DNA from: Candidatus Poriferisocius sp.
GTDB taxonomy: Bacteria; Actinomycetota; Acidimicrobiia; Acidimicrobiales; Bin134
DNA: 64,000 nt
Reading direction: 5' to 3'
Assembly: GCF_965208475.1 (NCBI RefSeq)
Contig: NZ_OZ242338.1
Coordinates: forward strand, 1,555,177 to 1,619,176
A model generated the notes under the pieces. The model worked only from the letters and a program-made list of their open reading frames with translations, was not told the origin of the DNA and did no database searches. The translations under genes were made by a program, and so were the position numbers. Shown here piece after piece: positions 58,952 through 64,000 of this stretch (the first letter of the stretch is position 1; each line of letters opens with the position of its first letter).

Positions 58952-59515
58952 GTGAGTTCGACCCTCTTGGACCCGGCTTTGGGCGCTGCCGTTGACGCCG
59001 TCCCAGAGGCGCTGCCCCGGCTGCCAGTCCGCGTCATCCGCAGTCCAAAGCGCCGGAAGACGGCTGCGGCCAAGATCCAGCCCGACTGCATCGAGGTGCG
59101 GGTTCCCGCGGGGATGACCCCCGATGCCGAGGCCGAAATGGTGGCCAGTCTGGTTGTTCGCCTGGAGCGCAAGCGAGTCGCCGAAGCCGGCGGGGTGAAC
59201 CTGGCCGAGCGCGCCGCCAAGCTGGCCCAGCGTTACGGCCTTCAGCCTCCGGTGTCGATCACCTGGGCCGAGCAGAACGACCGCTGGGGGTCGTGTACCT
59301 CGGCCCGGGGCACCATCCGCATCTCCACCCGCTTGGCCCGGGTACCCGGGTGGGTGCTCGACGCAGTCATCGTCCACGAGATCGCCCATCTCCACGAGCC
59401 CAACCACAGCCCCGCCTTCTGGGAGTTGGCCAACCGCTTCCCCCGCCAAGAGCGCGCCTCCGGCTTTTTGGAAGCCATGTCCGCCGGCCACTCCGACCCC
59501 TGCCACACAGTTTGA
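58952..59515 (+). CDS. M48/YgjP-like (DUF45) zinc metallopeptidase
   Basis: RS.KR.KT, RWGSCT, IVHEIAHL..NHS..FW; start uncertain. Confidence 0.85.
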   Translation: MSSTLLDPALGAAVDAVPEALPRLPVRVIRSPKRRKTAAAKIQPDCIEVRVPAGMTPDAEAEMVASLVVRLERKRVAEAGGVNLAERAAKLAQRYGLQPPVSITWAEQNDRWGSCTSARGTIRISTRLARVPGWVLDAVIVHEIAHLHEPNHSPAFWELANRFPRQERASGFLEAMSAGHSDPCHTV

Positions 59516-59583
59516 GCGCCACGCTGTCGGAGCGCCACGCTGTCTGAGGGCAACACTGTCTGAGCACCACGCTGTTTGAGCGC
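59514..59583 (+). repeat. 16-bp degenerate tandem repeat x4+
   Basis: GAGCGCCACGCTGTCG / GAGCGCCACGCTGTCT / GAGGGCAACACTGTCT / GAGCACCACGCTGTTT / GAGCGC. Confidence 0.85.
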
Positions 59584-59665
59584 AATTTGCCGACCAGTTC
59601 GGCAAAGGCTTGGCCCGCTGCGCTGATCATGGCTCCACAACGCGGGTAGGGCAGACTGAGGGCTG

Positions 59666-60871
59666 ATGGGCGAGCGGATCTTCTATGCGGCCAGTGTTCA
59701 CGATGAGGCCGAGATCGAAGCCGTGGTGGAGGTGCTGCGGGGCGGGGCAGCGGCCCTGTGGCCGGGGCGCAATGTCACCGCTTTCGAATGGGCGGTGGCT
59801 GAGCGGTTCGGCAAGCAGAGGGGGCTCATGTGCAACTCTGGCTCATCGGCGCTGTATCTGGCGGTGGAGCTGGCCGACCTGCCCCCGGGCAGCGAGGTGA
59901 TCACCGCGGCGGTGACGTTCTCCACCGATGTGGCCCCGTTGGTGCGGGCCGGGCTGGTGCCGGTGTTCGCCGATGTGGACCCCGACACCTACCAGATCGA
60001 CATCGACTCCATTGAGGCCCTGGTCGGCCCCGACACCAGGGCCATCTTGGCCCCCAACCTGATTGGCAACGCCCCCGACTGGGACGCCATCCGGACCATC
60101 GCCGACCGCCACGGGCTGTTCGTCATCGAGGATAGCTGCGATGCCCTGGGGCCGACACTGCGGGGAACCCCCACCGGCGCCCGCAGCGACCTGACGGTCA
60201 CCAGCTTCGCCTCGTCGCACATCATCACCTGCGCCGGAGGCGGCGGCATGGTGCTGCTCGACGACGAGGGCCTGCGGGATCGGGGCCTTTTGCTGCGGCG
60301 CTGGGGACGGCGCTCCGAGCTTCACTTCTACGGGTCCAAGCGCCGAAACCGAGACTTCTGGGAGGACCTCGACGGCATCCACTACGACAACCAGTTCATC
60401 TTCGACGAACTGGCCTGGAACTTCGAGCCCTCCGAGATCGGCGCCGCCTTCGGTCGCCAACAGCTCGGCAAAGTGCCCCAGAACTTCGCCCGCCGCACCC
60501 GCAGCTTCGATCTCTACACCGACTTTTTCTCCGCCCACGCCGACCGCTTCCGCCTCCCCCGCCAGACCGAGGGGCTGGAGACCGCCTGGCTGTGCTACCC
60601 GCTCACCATCGCCACCGACGCCGGCTTCGCGCGGGCCGATCTGCAAGCCCACCTTGACGGCAACGGCGTGGACACCCGCACGGTGTGGACCGGCAACGCC
60701 GCCCGCCAGCCGTTCATGGCCGGTGTGGACTTCCGACAGCCCGCCGGAGGTCTGCCCAGCGCCGACGCCATCATGGAGCGGGGCGTGGTGCTCCCCATGA
60801 ACCACTCCCTAGACGACGACGACATCGGCTACGTGATCAGCCTCGTAGACGACTTCCTGGCCGGTCTCTAG
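59666..60871 (+). CDS. DegT/DnrJ/EryC1 family PLP enzyme, His-type (ColD/RfbH-like 3-dehydratase)
   Basis: NSGSSA, IEDSCDALG, TSFASSHIIT (His where aminotransferases have Lys), RRWGR. Confidence 0.82.
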   Translation: MGERIFYAASVHDEAEIEAVVEVLRGGAAALWPGRNVTAFEWAVAERFGKQRGLMCNSGSSALYLAVELADLPPGSEVITAAVTFSTDVAPLVRAGLVPVFADVDPDTYQIDIDSIEALVGPDTRAILAPNLIGNAPDWDAIRTIADRHGLFVIEDSCDALGPTLRGTPTGARSDLTVTSFASSHIITCAGGGGMVLLDDEGLRDRGLLLRRWGRRSELHFYGSKRRNRDFWEDLDGIHYDNQFIFDELAWNFEPSEIGAAFGRQQLGKVPQNFARRTRSFDLYTDFFSAHADRFRLPRQTEGLETAWLCYPLTIATDAGFARADLQAHLDGNGVDTRTVWTGNAARQPFMAGVDFRQPAGGLPSADAIMERGVVLPMNHSLDDDDIGYVISLVDDFLAGL

Positions 60872-60962
60872 CCAATCTCCAAAAGCTGCCCCGCCGCTCG
60901 GACACTGCCGACACGGCCGGGCGCGTTTACTCTTTCCAAAAGCCAAAACCAAGGAGAACCCC

Positions 60963-62048
60963 ATGCGCGGCGCCGTTTTGCACACCAGCCCCGGCGAGTT
61001 GGTCGTCGAGAACCTGACCGTCGACAAGCCGAATCCCAACGAGGTGCTCATCAGCACCACCCACGCCGGGCTGTGCCACTCCGACCTGCACTTCATGGAC
61101 GGCCACTGGCCGGTGGCGGAGTCGATGGTCATGGGCCACGAGTCGGCCGGGGTGGTGGCCGCGGTGGGCGAGGACGTGACCTACGTGAAGCCCGGCGACC
61201 ACGTCATCACCTGCGTGTCCATGTGGTGCGGAGTTTGCCGCATGTGCCTCGACGGCAAGCCCTACCTGTGCCTCGACGGCGACACCATGCGCTCGGGCCG
61301 CCCCACCCCCTCGCTTAGGTTCGACGACGGCCGAAGCTGCATCGCCTTCGCCGGGCTAGGATCGTTCGCCGAGGAACTGCTGGTGCATGAGCGGGGAGTG
61401 GTCAAGATCCGCGACGACATGCCGCTGGACCGGGCCGCGCTCGTCGGCTGCGGGGTCACCACCGGGTTGGGCGCAGTCATGCGCTCCGCAGCGGTGCCTG
61501 CGGGGTCGAGCGTGGTGGTGATCGGCTGCGGCGGCATCGGCCTGTCGGCCGTGCAGGGGGCCCGCATCGTGGGGGCCACGCCCATCATCGCCGTAGATCT
61601 GGTGGCCTCCAAGCTGGAGATGGCCAGCACCGTTGGCGCCACCCACACGGTCAACGCCTCCGAGGTTGATCCTGTGGCTGCGGTCCATGAGATCACCGGG
61701 GGCGGGGCCGACTACTCCTTCGAGGCCATCGGGCTGTCGGCCACCGCCGAGCAGGCTTGGGCCATGATCGGCGTCGGCGGCACAGCCACCATAATCGGCA
61801 TGCTGCCCATGACCAGCCAGGTGACCATCCCCGGCGGGGAGATCATCTTGAGCGAGAAGAAACTCCAGGGGTCTCTCATGGGCGGCAACCGCTTCCGCCT
61901 GGACATGCCCAAGTTCATCGACCTCTACCTCGACGGGCGCCTCAAGCTCGACGAGATGGTGTCGGCCACCATCGACATCACCGAGGTGAACGACGGCTAT
62001 GCGGCCATGAAGGCCGGCGAGACCCTGCGCTCGGTCATCGCTTTTTGA
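60963..62048 (+). CDS. Zn-dependent alcohol dehydrogenase
   Basis: GLCHSD, GHESAG, CGVCRMC..C, GCGGIG; AAGGAG RBS. Confidence 0.93.
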   Translation: MRGAVLHTSPGELVVENLTVDKPNPNEVLISTTHAGLCHSDLHFMDGHWPVAESMVMGHESAGVVAAVGEDVTYVKPGDHVITCVSMWCGVCRMCLDGKPYLCLDGDTMRSGRPTPSLRFDDGRSCIAFAGLGSFAEELLVHERGVVKIRDDMPLDRAALVGCGVTTGLGAVMRSAAVPAGSSVVVIGCGGIGLSAVQGARIVGATPIIAVDLVASKLEMASTVGATHTVNASEVDPVAAVHEITGGGADYSFEAIGLSATAEQAWAMIGVGGTATIIGMLPMTSQVTIPGGEIILSEKKLQGSLMGGNRFRLDMPKFIDLYLDGRLKLDEMVSATIDITEVNDGYAAMKAGETLRSVIAF

Positions 62049-62090
62049 CCTCCCCCTCTTCCGCAATCGATATCTGAAAGGAGCACGACC

Positions 62091-62888
62091 ATGGGACAAC
62101 TCGACGACCGCGTGGCGGTGGTAACCGGCGGAGGCGACGGCATCGGCCGCGGGATCTGCCGCCGGTTCGCTGCTGAGGGGGCCCGACTCCTGGTCACCGA
62201 TATCGACAACGCGGCCGCCGAGCGGGTGGCCGGCGAGCTGCACGACGAGTTCGGCGCCGACGCCCGGCCGCTGCGGGCAGACGTGGCCGACAAGGCCGAG
62301 GTGCTGGCCATGGTGGACGCCGCGGTGGATCACTGGGGCCGCCTCGACGTGCTCATCAACAATGCCTGGGGCGGCGGGGAGCTGTGCCGGGTGGAGGTGA
62401 AGACCGACCAGCTCATGGACGATGCCATACATGTGGGGCTGTACGGCCCGCTGTGGGCCATGCAGGCTGCGTTTCGGGTCATGCGGGATCAGCAGTACGG
62501 CCGGATCGTGAACCTGTGCTCGCTCAACGGGGTGAACGCCCACATGGGCACGCTGGAGTACAACTGCGCCAAGGAGGCGCTGCGGACCCTCAGCCGCACT
62601 GCGGCCCGGGAGTGGGCCCCCTACGGCATCGTGGTGAACGTGATCTGCCCGGGGGCCAAGACCGCGTCGGCTCGCCGGGTAGAGCAGATGATGCCCGATC
62701 TCATCCGCAACGCCGAGGCGGCCAACCCCATGGGCCGGATGGGCGATCCCGAGGGAGACATCGCCCCAGTGGCGTTGTTCTTGTCGACCGAGGACGCCCA
62801 ATACCTCACCGGCAACACCCTGTACGTGGACGGCGGCAGCCACATCAACGGGGCCAACTGGGCCCCCGACATGCCCGAGACTGCATAG
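62091..62888 (+). CDS. SDR family oxidoreductase
   Basis: TGGGDGIG, NNA, YNCAK. Confidence 0.92.
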   Translation: MGQLDDRVAVVTGGGDGIGRGICRRFAAEGARLLVTDIDNAAAERVAGELHDEFGADARPLRADVADKAEVLAMVDAAVDHWGRLDVLINNAWGGGELCRVEVKTDQLMDDAIHVGLYGPLWAMQAAFRVMRDQQYGRIVNLCSLNGVNAHMGTLEYNCAKEALRTLSRTAAREWAPYGIVVNVICPGAKTASARRVEQMMPDLIRNAEAANPMGRMGDPEGDIAPVALFLSTEDAQYLTGNTLYVDGGSHINGANWAPDMPETA

Positions 62889-62895
62889 CGCCGAC

Positions 62896-63129
62896 ACCGC
62901 CGGCGTCGGACCGAGGCACCGTGAACAGCAAACCAAACCGCCGGCGTCGGACCGAGGCACCGTGAACAGCAAACCAAACCGCCGGCGTCGGACCGAGGCA
63001 CCGTGAACAGCAAACCAAACCGCCGGCGTCGGACCGAGGCACCGTGAACAGCAAACCAAACCGCCGGCGTCGGACCGAGGCACCGTGAACAGCAAACCAA
63101 ACCGCCAGCATCGGACCGAGGCACCGTGA
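62896..63129 (+). repeat. 41-bp tandem repeat, 5 perfect copies plus one 29-bp partial copy
   Basis: ACCGCCGGCGTCGGACCGAGGCACCGTGAACAGCAAACCAA at 62896, 62937, 62978, 63019, 63060; partial at 63101. Confidence 0.95.
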
Positions 63130-63145
63130 CGCGCAAAGGAACCAG

Positions 63146-63934
63146 ATGAACCGCTCGATGGCCGGCAAGGTGGCCGTCATCACCGGGGCGGGGCCGGGGG
63201 TGGGGAGGTCGTGCGCGCTGGCCATGGCGGCCGACGGCGCTGATTTGGCCCTGGCCGCCCGCCGGGCCGAGCCTCTTTCGGCGCTGGCCGCTGAGGTGGC
63301 CGAGGCCACGGGACGAAGAGTTCTGGCGATCCCCACCGACATCGCCGACCTGGACTCGGCCGCGGCCCTGGCCGACACCGCGGCCGCCGAGTTGGGCGGA
63401 GTGGACGCGGTGGTGAACGTGGCCACAGCCGGCGGGGCCCGGGCCGCGGTGGCCGACATCGACTGGGAGGACTACCGCCATTCCTTCGAGCTGAACGTGA
63501 TCGGCACCTTGGAGGTGAGCCGCCGAGCCGCCGCCCACATGAAGGCTGCCGGCGGGGGCTCGATCGTGCAGATCGGCACCCTGAGCACCCACTCGGTGCC
63601 CGAGAAGATGGCCATCTACACCTCCACCAAGTCGGCCATGCACACCGCTTCGATGGTGATGGCCCGGGAGCTCGGCCCCCACAACATCAGGGTGAACATC
63701 GTCACGCCGGGCTATATCACCGGCGACAACCTCGACCGGCTGTGGCACGGTATCGCCGACCAAACCGGCAAGACCGCCCAGCAGGTCTCCGATCGGGCCG
63801 CTCGGGCCGCCGCTTTGAACCGCCACGTCGACCCTGAGGACATCGCCGAGGCCGTGCTGTTCCTAGCCTCCGAGCGGGGCCGAGGTGTGACCGGCCTAGA
63901 GATCCGAGTCGACGCCGGCCAGCTGATCGGCTGA
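63146..63934 (+). CDS. SDR family oxidoreductase
   Basis: TGAGPGVG, YTSTK, IRVN..TPG; AAAGGA RBS. Confidence 0.92.
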   Translation: MNRSMAGKVAVITGAGPGVGRSCALAMAADGADLALAARRAEPLSALAAEVAEATGRRVLAIPTDIADLDSAAALADTAAAELGGVDAVVNVATAGGARAAVADIDWEDYRHSFELNVIGTLEVSRRAAAHMKAAGGGSIVQIGTLSTHSVPEKMAIYTSTKSAMHTASMVMARELGPHNIRVNIVTPGYITGDNLDRLWHGIADQTGKTAQQVSDRAARAAALNRHVDPEDIAEAVLFLASERGRGVTGLEIRVDAGQLIG

Positions 63935-63935
63935 T

Positions 63936-64000
63936 TCAGGCCTCACCCTTCTCAGGCGCCTCGGCCAGCACGTCGGCCATCGTGTCGAAAAGGGTGCCTA
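63936..64000 (-). CDS. 3' end of a gene running off the window edge
   Basis: Minus-strand frame LGTLFDTMADVLAEAPEKGEA-stop, convergent with the SDR gene. Confidence 0.35.
   Translation of the reverse strand, partial: GTLFDTMADVLAEAPEKGEA

Noticed and set aside
62896-63129. CRISPR array
   Set aside because: Units are identical head-to-tail with no unique spacers, and no cas genes are in the window.
61356-63826. Minus-strand ORFs with repeated peptides (LLFTVPRSDAGGLVCC...)
   Set aside because: Translations of the 41-bp non-coding repeat joined to antisense frames of the ADH and SDR genes.

Overview
High-GC DNA that looks actinobacterial, probably Acidimicrobiia. This is inferred from the F420-type LLM/PPOX enzymes, DUF3040, the MoxR-DUF58-transglutaminase operon, an OmpR/HK/GerMN triad and many apparently leaderless genes. 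1-7.0 kb: an unusual amino-sugar-type catabolic operon (ROK, M20 deacylase, sugar ABC transporter, YhfX-like PLP enzyme, nagB). 7-19 kb: ribA, oxidoreductases, MFS, MoxR/DUF58/TGase, dinB and a NUDIX gene. About 19.1-34.9 kb: an integrase-less defence island containing DUF222-HNH, a frameshifted zeta-like ATPase with a small partner, an ApeA-like HEPN protein, a DUF6338-like membrane protein, a KAP NTPase, a complete type I RM system and an ABC-ATPase + PIN pair bracketed by imperfect direct repeats. 35-64 kb: core and metabolic genes (ltaE, suhB, two-component system, pfkA, aminotransferase, GT4, queG, NYN protein, trpD, FGGY kinase, rnpB lacking P18, class A PBP, acetoacetate-CoA ligase, amidohydrolase, a His-type sugar dehydratase, ADH, SDRs). 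Several intergenic spacers are filled by short tandem duplications. No CRISPR array, tRNA or rRNA was seen. The best novelty candidates are the repeat-flanked ATPase-PIN cassette and the YhfX/M20/ROK/NagB pathway. All family calls come from motif recognition by eye; no searches were run.
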